Assembly (NCBI GenBank): GCA_026645775.1
Contig: JAPKMS010000142.1
Location: forward strand, 1 to 46,975
Origin: Anaerolineae bacterium
Lineage (GTDB): Bacteria > Chloroflexota > Anaerolineae > CG2-30-64-16
DNA length: 46,975 bases
Direction: 5' to 3'
Position numbers and translations under genes: made by a program. Shown piece by piece: positions 8,541-16,424 of this stretch; the stretch's first letter is position 1, and the number at the start of each line of letters is the position of its first letter. Below the pieces are notes generated by a model. The model searched no databases, was not told where the DNA came from, and saw nothing but the letters and a program-made list of their open reading frames with translations.

Positions 8541-10292
8541 ATGCGCTTGAACCTGTTATCAGCCGCCATCCTGGTGGTCCTGGCGCTGACCCTTCCCGGC
8601 ATCGCCGTGGCACAGACGCCCACCCCGACGACGGTTACACCGCCCGCACCGCTTGCCGGCAAAACCCTGTACGCCCAGAACTGCGCCCCCTGCCACGGTG
8701 ACACCGGCGGAGGCGACGGCGCGTCAGCGTCGGGCCTCAGTGTCCCCCCCGCCGCCCTGGGCAATGCCGAGATCATCTCCGCCAAGTCGTTGACCGAGCT
8801 GTTCGCTATCACCAAGAACGGCAACATGCAGCGCATGATGCCGCCGTGGAAGAACCAGCTCACCGATCAACAGATTTGGGACACCTTGGGCTATGCGTGG
8901 ACGCTGCACACCACCCATGCTGAGCTGCAGGCAGGCAAAACCGTTTATGATGCCACCTGTGCCGCCTGTCACGGCGCAGACGGGCGGGGCGCCAGCCCTA
9001 ACGTGCCCAGCCTGGCCGATTTCGCGGCCACATCCCAGGTCAGCCAGGCGGCTTGGGCCGAGGTTGTGGCCAATGGCCGGGGCGCGATGCCCGGTTTGGC
9101 GGGCCAGCTCACGGCGACCGAGCAAAAATCTGTCCTGGAATATGCCCGCAGTCTATCGTTCGGCGGATCGCTGTTCCGGGACGCGCTGGCCAAGGGCACG
9201 GGCGTCATCAGCGGCACGGTGACCAACGGCACAACCGGCTCAGCGATGGCCGACCTGGAGATCGAGCTGGGCATTTTCGACAGCACCTCGCTGCTGGAGC
9301 AACGCACGACCCGGACCGATGCGACCGGCTTCTACCAATTCACCGAGCTGCCCACAGACCCGACCCTGATCTACGCCTCGCGGGTGGTCTACCCGGCCGG
9401 CATGCCCTACAGCTCCGACTTCGTCAGCTTTGAAGATGGCAAAGCGGGCATCGACCTGCCGATGGCTGTCTACGAAACGACTGCCGATGGCAGCGGCGTG
9501 CGTGCCGAACGGGTGCACTTCATCGTGGAGTTTGCGGGGGGCAGCGCCCAGGTGGCCGAATTGCTCGTCTTCAGCCTGGACGGCGACCGGACGTACACTG
9601 GCGATGGCAGCGCGGTTTTGCGTTTCACCTTGCCTGCCGGCGCGCAAGGTCTCTCCATCGATGGCGCCGATGACGCGGGGCGTTTCGAGGTGACGGCCGA
9701 TGGGTTTGTCGATAAACTGGGGCTGCCGCCGGGCCAAAACACCCGCCAGGTATTGTACCGCTACTCGCTCCCCTACTCCGACGGAAAGCTGGACATCGTG
9801 TGGTCGCTGGCGTACCCCGCGACCAACGTGAACGCCCTGGTCAGCGATATCGGCCAACAGGTCAGCAGCGAACAGTTGGCCAGCCTGGGCCTGCGCGAGA
9901 CGCAAATGGGCAATTACTACAACCTGAGCGCCCAAAACATCCCGGCCGGCCAGGCGATCACCCTCCGGATGACCGGGCTAAGCGCAATGGCAGCCGGCGC
10001 AACGACGACGGCGCCGACCGGCGGGACCGGGTCCTCGATTCCCCGCCCGCTCCTGTTCGGGCTGATCGGCCTGGCGGCAGCCGGCGCCACGGCCCTGGTG
10101 CTGCTGCCCTTGGTGCGCGGTCGCAGGACGCCGACCGCCGCGGCGCCAACCGAGCGCGACGCGCTGATCGACGCCCTGGCGCAATTAGACCTCGCCTTTG
10201 AGGCCGGCGACCTGAGCGAATCGGCCTACCGCGACCAACGTCTGCTGCTGAAAGCCCAACTCAGCGATATCCTGCGCAAGGAAGCCCTGTGA
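8541..10292 (+). CDS. Membrane-anchored di-heme c-type cytochrome with carboxypeptidase-regulatory-like beta domain and CcmI-like C-terminus
   Basis: Signal peptide; two CxxCH motifs (CAPCH, CAACH), each followed by an MP axial Met; ISGTVTNGT...TDATGFYQF; C-terminal TM then LAQLDLAFEAGDLSESAY. Confidence 0.85.
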   Translation: MRLNLLSAAILVVLALTLPGIAVAQTPTPTTVTPPAPLAGKTLYAQNCAPCHGDTGGGDGASASGLSVPPAALGNAEIISAKSLTELFAITKNGNMQRMMPPWKNQLTDQQIWDTLGYAWTLHTTHAELQAGKTVYDATCAACHGADGRGASPNVPSLADFAATSQVSQAAWAEVVANGRGAMPGLAGQLTATEQKSVLEYARSLSFGGSLFRDALAKGTGVISGTVTNGTTGSAMADLEIELGIFDSTSLLEQRTTRTDATGFYQFTELPTDPTLIYASRVVYPAGMPYSSDFVSFEDGKAGIDLPMAVYETTADGSGVRAERVHFIVEFAGGSAQVAELLVFSLDGDRTYTGDGSAVLRFTLPAGAQGLSIDGADDAGRFEVTADGFVDKLGLPPGQNTRQVLYRYSLPYSDGKLDIVWSLAYPATNVNALVSDIGQQVSSEQLASLGLRETQMGNYYNLSAQNIPAGQAITLRMTGLSAMAAGATTTAPTGGTGSSIPRPLLFGLIGLAAAGATALVLLPLVRGRRTPTAAAPTERDALIDALAQLDLAFEAGDLSESAYRDQRLLLKAQLSDILRKEAL

Positions 10293-11053
10293 GCGCTGAC
10301 GCCGTAGCCATGATTGATGTGCGCAACCTGACGAAATCGTTCGGCAGCAAGTATGCGCTGCGCGGCGTCAATCTGCACGTGATGCCGGGCGAGTCGCTGG
10401 TGCTTTTCGGGCCGAACGGCGCGGGCAAGACCACGCTGATCCGCATCCTGAGCAGCCTCAGCCGGCCGAGCAGCGGCAGCGTGCATATCGGCGGGCTGAA
10501 CCTGGCCACTCACTCCGACGGCATCCGGCGCTATCTGGGCGTGGTATCCCATGCCCCGCTGCTGTACGACAGCCTCACAGCCGAGGAGAACCTGGCTTTC
10601 TTTGCCCGCCTTTACGATCTGCAACAGCCGGCTGCCCGCATCGCGGCCATGCTGGCGCAGGTCGGATTGACCAGCCGGCGCGGCGACCTCGTGCGCACTT
10701 TTTCGCGCGGCATGTTGCAACGGCTGGCCATCGCGCGGGCCCTGCTCCATGACCCGGAAGTGCTGTTGCTGGACGAACCCGACACCGGCCTGGATCCGCA
10801 GGCTGCTGAAATGCTGCACGGGCTATTGACGGAGTTGAGCGGCCGGGGCGCAGCCGGAAACGGACGCGCAGGAGCGGGTCCAGGCCCGACAAAGCGCACC
10901 ATCGTGACGATCACGCACAGCATCGAGCGCGGCCTAGCCATCGCCGACCGGGTCGTCATCCTCGCGGCCGGGCGCATCGCGTTCGAGGCCGACGTACGCG
11001 GCATGACCCCGGCCGAGTTTCGGCCGCTGTACGACACATACGTGGGATCGTGA
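10289..11053 (+). CDS. ccmA: Heme ABC exporter ATP-binding protein CcmA
   Basis: Walker A GPNGAGKT, signature FSRGMLQR, Walker B LLLDEP. Lies directly before ccmB and ccmC. Confidence 0.88.
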   Translation: MSADAVAMIDVRNLTKSFGSKYALRGVNLHVMPGESLVLFGPNGAGKTTLIRILSSLSRPSSGSVHIGGLNLATHSDGIRRYLGVVSHAPLLYDSLTAEENLAFFARLYDLQQPAARIAAMLAQVGLTSRRGDLVRTFSRGMLQRLAIARALLHDPEVLLLDEPDTGLDPQAAEMLHGLLTELSGRGAAGNGRAGAGPGPTKRTIVTITHSIERGLAIADRVVILAAGRIAFEADVRGMTPAEFRPLYDTYVGS

Positions 11054-11724
11054 TGAGATTCTGGAAAATCGTCGCCGCCATCATCGGGAAAGATATCCGG
11101 GCCGAGCTGCGCACCAAGGACATCTTCAGCAGCATGTTTGTCTTTGCCCTGCTGGCGGTCATCGTCTTCAACTTCGCCTTCGAGCTGCGCGTGCCCTCCA
11201 TGAAGATGGTGGTGCCCGGCATCGTCTGGGTGGCGGTGACGTTCGCGGGGACGCTGGGGCTGAACCGGGCGTTCGTGATCGAACAAGACAAGGGCAGCCT
11301 GGCCGGCTTGCTGCTGGCGCCGGTGGATCGGGCTGCGATCTACTTCGGGAAGATGCTGGGAAACCTGATCTTCATCACCGTCGTGGAGGCGATCCTGCTG
11401 CCGCTGGTGATGGTCTTCTTCAACCTGTCGCTGCTCACGGGCCCCCACCTGCTGGCCCTGTTCCTGGGCACCTATGGGTTTGCCGCGGTGGGCACCATCT
11501 TCTCAGCCATCGCCGTCAACACCCGGGCCCGAGAGGTGCTGCTGCCCGTCCTGCTCTTCCCGGTGCTGCTCCCGGTGCTGGTCGCCGGGGTGAAAATGAC
11601 CGGCAGCCTGCTGGATGGCGAGTCGTTGAGCAGCCTGGCCAACTGGCTGCGGCTGATCGCGCTGTACGACGTGGGATTCACGGTGGTGGCCTATCTCACG
11701 TTCGGATTTGTAATGGAAGAATGA
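11053..11724 (+). CDS. ccmB: Heme exporter protein CcmB
   Basis: KDIRAELR, LGLNRAFVIEQDKGSL, IYFGK, REVLLPVLLFP; about six TM helices. Confidence 0.92.
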   Translation: MRFWKIVAAIIGKDIRAELRTKDIFSSMFVFALLAVIVFNFAFELRVPSMKMVVPGIVWVAVTFAGTLGLNRAFVIEQDKGSLAGLLLAPVDRAAIYFGKMLGNLIFITVVEAILLPLVMVFFNLSLLTGPHLLALFLGTYGFAAVGTIFSAIAVNTRAREVLLPVLLFPVLLPVLVAGVKMTGSLLDGESLSSLANWLRLIALYDVGFTVVAYLTFGFVMEE

Positions 11725-11794
11725 GGCGAGCGACGAATGGGCACTCCCGCGATTCGGCCATTCGCCCCGTCCGATTCCCGGTTCGGAGTTGTTT

Positions 11795-12487
11795 ATGAGA
11801 TCCAATCGCATCCTGACTGTCTTGACCGTGATCTCGGCGCTGGCCATCCTGGCCGCGGCCGTGATGGCGCTGTGGGTGGCGCCCTCGGCGGCCGGGCTGA
11901 CCAGCAACGAGACTTTCGCGCAGCGGATCATCTATTTTCACGTGCCCATCGCCTGGCTGAGCATGCTGGCGTTCGGCGTGACGATGATCGGCAGCATCGG
12001 CTACCTGGTCAGCAGCAAGCGCAACTGGGACAACCTGGCGGTATCATCGGCCGAGCTGGGGCTGATCTTCACGTTGGCGACTGCGACCAGCGGCGCCATC
12101 TGGGCCAAGCCGGCCTGGAACGTCTGGTGGACCTGGGACCCCCGGCTGACGACCTACACCATCATGTTCCTGCTCTTCGTGGCGTATTTTATGCTGCGCG
12201 GCGCGATGGAAGACCCGGCGCGCCGCGCGCGCTTCGCCGCGGTGTACGGGATCTTCGCCTTCTTAAGCGTGCCGATCACCTTCATGTCGATCCGCTGGTG
12301 GCGCACCATCCACCCGGTGCTCATCGACCCGAACGAGGGCTTCGGGCTCTCTGCGGGCATGATGACCGCCTTTTTCTTCGCGCTGGCCGCTTTCACCTTG
12401 TTTTATGTCGTGTTGCTAATGCACCGTTACCGGCTGGAGCAGACGGCGGAACAGGTGGAAAGCCTGAAAGAACAAATTAACTACTAA
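11795..12487 (+). CDS. ccmC: Heme exporter protein CcmC
   Basis: RIIYFHVP, WWD motif GAIWAKPAWNVWWTWDPRLTT, WWRTIHP. Confidence 0.92.
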   Translation: MRSNRILTVLTVISALAILAAAVMALWVAPSAAGLTSNETFAQRIIYFHVPIAWLSMLAFGVTMIGSIGYLVSSKRNWDNLAVSSAELGLIFTLATATSGAIWAKPAWNVWWTWDPRLTTYTIMFLLFVAYFMLRGAMEDPARRARFAAVYGIFAFLSVPITFMSIRWWRTIHPVLIDPNEGFGLSAGMMTAFFFALAAFTLFYVVLLMHRYRLEQTAEQVESLKEQINY

Positions 12488-12502
12488 CTGAGGAGCTTCC
12501 CC

Positions 12503-12652
12503 ATGGAATATATGATTGCTGCTTACCTGGTGGTCTGGCTGGCTGCATTTGCCTTCATCTTCAGCATGGTGCGCCGGCAGAGTAGCCTGCAACGCGAAAT
12601 CGATGCCCTGAAGGAGCAGTTGCGCGATCGGGAAGCCCACCGATCCCGTTGA
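12503..12652 (+). CDS. ccmD: CcmD family small membrane protein (49 aa, absent from the ORF track)
   Basis: RBS GAGGAG. Translation MEYMIAAYLVVWLAAFAFIFSMVRRQSSLQREIDALKEQLRDREAHRSR: AY motif, one TM helix, basic tail. Directly after ccmC. Confidence 0.85.
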   Translation: MEYMIAAYLVVWLAAFAFIFSMVRRQSSLQREIDALKEQLRDREAHRSR

Positions 12653-12663
12653 GGAGCGCCTTG

Positions 12664-13503
12664 ATGACTACCGGCAATCGCTGGCTGACCTTCTTCCATG
12701 CCCTGGCCTTCGTATTTGGCTTCAGCGCGATCTTTATTGCACTGGGCGCCTCGGTGGCGTTTTTTGGCAATGCGCTGAATCCCATGATGTCGACGATCGC
12801 CAAAATCGGCGGGATCATCTTGATCCTGTTCGGTCTACATGTTGCGGGGATGCTGGGCTGGGTCGCCGACCGGATTCGCGCGGCGGGGGGCGACCGGAAC
12901 GTGCTCGGCCGCGCCTACCTGGCGTTTGTTAACCTGCTCGGTCGCCTGATGTACACCGAGGGCCGCGTCCAGATGAACGCCGATCCGCGCCTGGGCTACC
13001 TGGCGTCGTTCATCATGGGCATTTTCTTCTCGGCCGGCTGGATTCCGTGCGTCGGCCCCGTGCTGTCCGCGATCCTGGGGCTGGCCAGCCAAGTGCAAAC
13101 GGTGGCGCAAGGCGCCGGGCTGTTGGCTGTCTACTCGGCCGGGCTGGGCCTGCCGTTCCTGATCACCGGTGCGGCTCTGGCAACCGTGACGCCGTTGCTG
13201 CGGCGGATGAACCGCCACCTGGGCATTGTGTCGAAGATCACCGGCGTCTTCTTGATTCTGATGGGCGTGCTGCTGTACAGCAACCGGCTGACGATCATCG
13301 CCAATCTCCTGGTGGGACAGTTTGGCACCGGGCTGGCCAGCGTGGAGCTGGGGGGCGCGGGTCTGGCGTCAGCCATCACCATCCCGATCGCCTTCATCGC
13401 CGGCCTGTTGTCGTTCCTGTCGCCGTGCGTACTGCCGTTGATTCCGGCCTATATCGGCTATCTGAGCGGCACGACCGTGGCTGGCCGGCCGACGTCTGCA
13501 TAG
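12664..13503 (+). CDS. ccdA: Cytochrome c biogenesis protein CcdA, circularly permuted
   Basis: FVFGFSAIFIALG, AGWIPCVGPVL, YSAGLGLPFL. The AFIAGLLSFLSPCVLPLIPAY motif lies at the C-terminus. Confidence 0.88.
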   Translation: MTTGNRWLTFFHALAFVFGFSAIFIALGASVAFFGNALNPMMSTIAKIGGIILILFGLHVAGMLGWVADRIRAAGGDRNVLGRAYLAFVNLLGRLMYTEGRVQMNADPRLGYLASFIMGIFFSAGWIPCVGPVLSAILGLASQVQTVAQGAGLLAVYSAGLGLPFLITGAALATVTPLLRRMNRHLGIVSKITGVFLILMGVLLYSNRLTIIANLLVGQFGTGLASVELGGAGLASAITIPIAFIAGLLSFLSPCVLPLIPAYIGYLSGTTVAGRPTSA

Positions 13504-13524
13504 GCGCGACCGGCGGAGGTGCGC

Positions 13525-14265
13525 ATGACCGACCAGAAAAAGCCCCCGGACGTCGAAGTGCGGCTGCCCACCACCGGGCCGCTGGCTCGACTCTCGCACG
13601 CCGTCGACCGGCTGGCGGTTTGGTTGGCCCAGCATTGGTTGGCACTATTCAACGCCCTCGTCGCGGTCTTCGTCGGCCTGCCGTTCCTGGCGCCGGTGCT
13701 GATGCACGTGGGCGCGGCCGGCCCTGCGCGCGTCATCTACGCGATCTATGCGCCCACCTGCCACCAGTTGCCTGAGCGCTCGTTCTTTCTCTTCGGCCCG
13801 CGGGGCGTCTACACCGAGCTTGAGCTGGAAACGCAGGGCGAGATACCCGCCGGTCTCAACATCTTCCAACGCCAGGCGCTGCGGTTCATCGGCACGCCGG
13901 AAACGGGTTACAAGGTCGCCATCTGCGAGCGGGACACGGCGATCTACGGCGCGATCCTGGTGAGCGGGCTGCTGTTCGGCGTGCTGCGCACGCCGCTCGC
14001 ACGGCGCCGCGCACGCCTGCCCAAGATGCCGCTGTGGATGTACGTGCTGGTGCTGCTGCCAGCGGCCGTAGATGGCGGCAGCCAGTTGGTGGGGCTGCGC
14101 GAGAGCACATGGCTGCTGCGCCTGATCACTGGGGGCCTCTTTGGTGCAGGGACGGTGTGGCTGGCATATCCGTACGTGCAGGAAGCCATGGCGGATGTGC
14201 TGAAGACCTCCGCGCCGAATCCTGAAAAACAGACACCCCCAAACTGGACAAAAACGGCCCCTTGA
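13525..14265 (+). CDS. DUF2085 family membrane protein
   Basis: CHQLPERSFF, CERDTAIYG, DGGSQLVGLRES, LRLITG motifs. RBS GGAGG. Confidence 0.8.
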   Translation: MTDQKKPPDVEVRLPTTGPLARLSHAVDRLAVWLAQHWLALFNALVAVFVGLPFLAPVLMHVGAAGPARVIYAIYAPTCHQLPERSFFLFGPRGVYTELELETQGEIPAGLNIFQRQALRFIGTPETGYKVAICERDTAIYGAILVSGLLFGVLRTPLARRRARLPKMPLWMYVLVLLPAAVDGGSQLVGLRESTWLLRLITGGLFGAGTVWLAYPYVQEAMADVLKTSAPNPEKQTPPNWTKTAP

Positions 14266-14273
14266 GGTATAGT
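14245..14273 (+). promoter_or_regulatory. Putative rpsT promoter
   Basis: TGGACA, 17 bp, TATAGT, about 110 nt upstream of rpsT. Confidence 0.55.
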
Positions 14274-14381
14274 TGCCGTCTGTGGTCAGCGATAACCACC
14301 CATCAGAAACAACACCCGGTGATCTCTGCCGTTGCGGCGTTTGAATATCATCCGGTGTGAGTAGATTTACGGAGGCTCTAG

Positions 14382-14654
14382 GTGCCAAATCTGAAGAAGA
14401 ACCCATCCGCGTTGAAGTGCGAGCGTCGCGATGCACGCAAAGCCATTTTCCGCGGCGCCGTCCGCACCAGCAGCCGCACCAGTGTCAAGCGGGTGCGTAC
14501 ACTTCTGGCCGCCAACAAACTCTCTGATGCGCAGCAGGCGCTGCAAGTCGCGATCAGCGCGCTGGACAAGGCCGCTGCAAAAGGCGTCATCCACAAGAAC
14601 AACGCGGCGCGACGCAAGTCACGTCTGATGAAGGCGATGAACCAAGCCCTGTAA
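14382..14654 (+). CDS. rpsT: 30S ribosomal protein S20
   Basis: LDKAAAKGVIHKNNAARRKSRL signature; GTG start with RBS GGAGG. Confidence 0.95.
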   Translation: MPNLKKNPSALKCERRDARKAIFRGAVRTSSRTSVKRVRTLLAANKLSDAQQALQVAISALDKAAAKGVIHKNNAARRKSRLMKAMNQAL

Positions 14655-14684
14655 GCAGACTACAGAGAATTTAGTCCCCCTGCC

Positions 14685-14720
14685 ACGCGATCGGCGCCAT
14701 CAAGCGCCGATTTTGCGTTT
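14685..14720 (+). terminator. Probable intrinsic terminator after rpsT
   Basis: ATCGGCGC / GCGCCGAT stem with a 6-nt loop, followed by TTTGCGTTT. Confidence 0.55.
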
Positions 14721-14764
14721 AAGGGGAGCTTGGCCGGGCCAGGTCCGCCTGTCAGACCAGACGA

Positions 14765-15487
14765 TCAGTCCTCTAGTTCCGAGGGTTGCAGGGGATCGGG
14801 AGGAAGTTCGGCGCCTGGCATGATCAGTTTATAGCCAACGCCGCGCTGAGTCACAAGCACCGTGGGATTGTGGGGATCAACCTCGATTTTCTCGCGCAGC
14901 CACCGGATGTGCACATCGAGCGTGCGGGTGTCGCCCAGATAATGGGTATCCCAGATCTCATTCATCAACTCCTGGCGGGAGATGACCTGGTTGGGACGCC
15001 GCATAAAGGCGGAGAGCAGCTTGCATTCCTTGGGTGTCAAGTGCTCGCGGCCTTGTGCGCCGCTGACCACGCGGGCCGTCAAATTGAGCTCCACCTCGCC
15101 CAATTGCAAGGTGTGCGGCAGGGTCGATTCCAACATCTTGCGGACGGTCTCGCGGAGCTTGTGGCCGGTGAAAGGCCGGACCAACCGCTGCTCGCAGGGA
15201 ATCTGGGCCCCCTCGCCGCGCTCCACGATCAGCACACGCTGGGCGCCCGGCAGACGCCGTGCCAGGATACGACAGAGGCGATCACCGGAAAAATGGCTGT
15301 TGACTGTGTTAATCACGACGATGTTGGGCTGAAACTGCCGCGCCAGTTGTAAGCCCATCGTTTGCGTACGCGCAAAATGCACAGCGCATCCCTCTTGCTG
15401 GAAACTCTGCAAAAATTTCTCATAGCTGGGTTCGGCCCGTCCGACGAAAAGGATCTGTATCGGCCTGCCATTTGGGTCGCGGCCCAT
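14765..15487 (-). CDS. OmpR/PhoB-family transcriptional regulator with atypical (pseudo-)receiver domain
   Basis: Winged helix LTPKECKLL...RTLDVHIRWLREKIE...TQRGVGY. The receiver lacks the conserved acidic residues. Confidence 0.88.
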   Translation of the reverse strand: MGRDPNGRPIQILFVGRAEPSYEKFLQSFQQEGCAVHFARTQTMGLQLARQFQPNIVVINTVNSHFSGDRLCRILARRLPGAQRVLIVERGEGAQIPCEQRLVRPFTGHKLRETVRKMLESTLPHTLQLGEVELNLTARVVSGAQGREHLTPKECKLLSAFMRRPNQVISRQELMNEIWDTHYLGDTRTLDVHIRWLREKIEVDPHNPTVLVTQRGVGYKLIMPGAELPPDPLQPSELED

Positions 15488-15524
15488 AGCTCACACCCCT
15501 TTGCTTGGTCAGCGCGTGAACTCT

Positions 15525-15553
15525 ATTATACGCTGAAGCCGCAGCAGTCGCAA
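15525..15553 (-). promoter_or_regulatory. Putative promoter for the response regulator
   Basis: Minus strand TTGCGA, 17 bp, TATAAT. Confidence 0.65.
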
Positions 15554-15566
15554 GTCAGACCAGTCT

Positions 15567-15595
15567 TTGACCTTTATCAGGGGCCGTGGTAAAAT
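15567..15595 (+). promoter_or_regulatory. Putative promoter for the glycosyltransferase operon
   Basis: TTGACC, 17 bp, TAAAAT with an extended TG. Divergent from the regulator promoter. Confidence 0.65.
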
Positions 15596-15605
15596 CGCGG
15601 GCGTT

Positions 15606-16373
15606 ATGCCTTCCGAACCAACCAACGACACACCCACCCGCGGGAAGACCATCATCGTCATCCCTACTTACAACGAAGCCGAGAACCTGCCCGGCTTGGT
15701 CGCTGAATTGCACGCGTTGGCGGTATCCGATCTGGCGGTGTTGATCGTCGATGACAACTCGCCTGACGGAACCGGGCGCGTCGCCGATGCGCTCGCCGAG
15801 CGATTCCCCGGGATCGTCGCCGTGCGGCATCGCGCTGAAAAACAGGGCCTGGGCCGGGCATATGTCGACGGCTTCTCGCACGCCCTGGCGATGGGCGCAG
15901 ATTACCTCATCCAAATGGACGCAGACTTCTCGCATCCGCCCAGCGCCATCCCAACCATGCTCGAACAGATGCAAGCTTATGACGTGGTGGTTGGCTCGCG
16001 CTATGTCAGCGGGGGGCAACTGGATGAACGTTGGAGCTGGTGGCGGCGCTTTTTGAGTTGGTGGGCCAACGAAGTTTGGTCGCGCCGGCTGCTGGGTCTC
16101 CAGACGCGCGATATCACAGCCGGCTTTAAGTGTTGGCGCGCGGCCACGTTGCGCGGCATCGACCTGCGCCGGGTGCAGGCCAATGGCTACGCATTCCAGG
16201 TCGAAATGGCCTACTTGACCGAGCGGCTGGGCTTTCGTGTCAAAGAAATCCCCATCTACTTCGAAGATCGACGGATCGGTCAATCTAAGATGAACATGTC
16301 GGTCAAGCTCCAAGGCGCCCTGGATGTCATACGCATCTGGTATCGGCATCGCAACGCGAAACGGAGCGAATGA
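15606..16373 (+). CDS. Polyprenol monophosphomannose synthase (GT2, DPM1/Ppm1-like)
   Basis: [60 protein letters not shown]. Confidence 0.9.
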   Translation: MPSEPTNDTPTRGKTIIVIPTYNEAENLPGLVAELHALAVSDLAVLIVDDNSPDGTGRVADALAERFPGIVAVRHRAEKQGLGRAYVDGFSHALAMGADYLIQMDADFSHPPSAIPTMLEQMQAYDVVVGSRYVSGGQLDERWSWWRRFLSWWANEVWSRRLLGLQTRDITAGFKCWRAATLRGIDLRRVQANGYAFQVEMAYLTERLGFRVKEIPIYFEDRRIGQSKMNMSVKLQGALDVIRIWYRHRNAKRSE

Positions 16374-16424
16374 CGCGTAACGAGTCAACCCAGGTTACTC
16401 GTTACCGGTTCTGGAGACCGCCCC

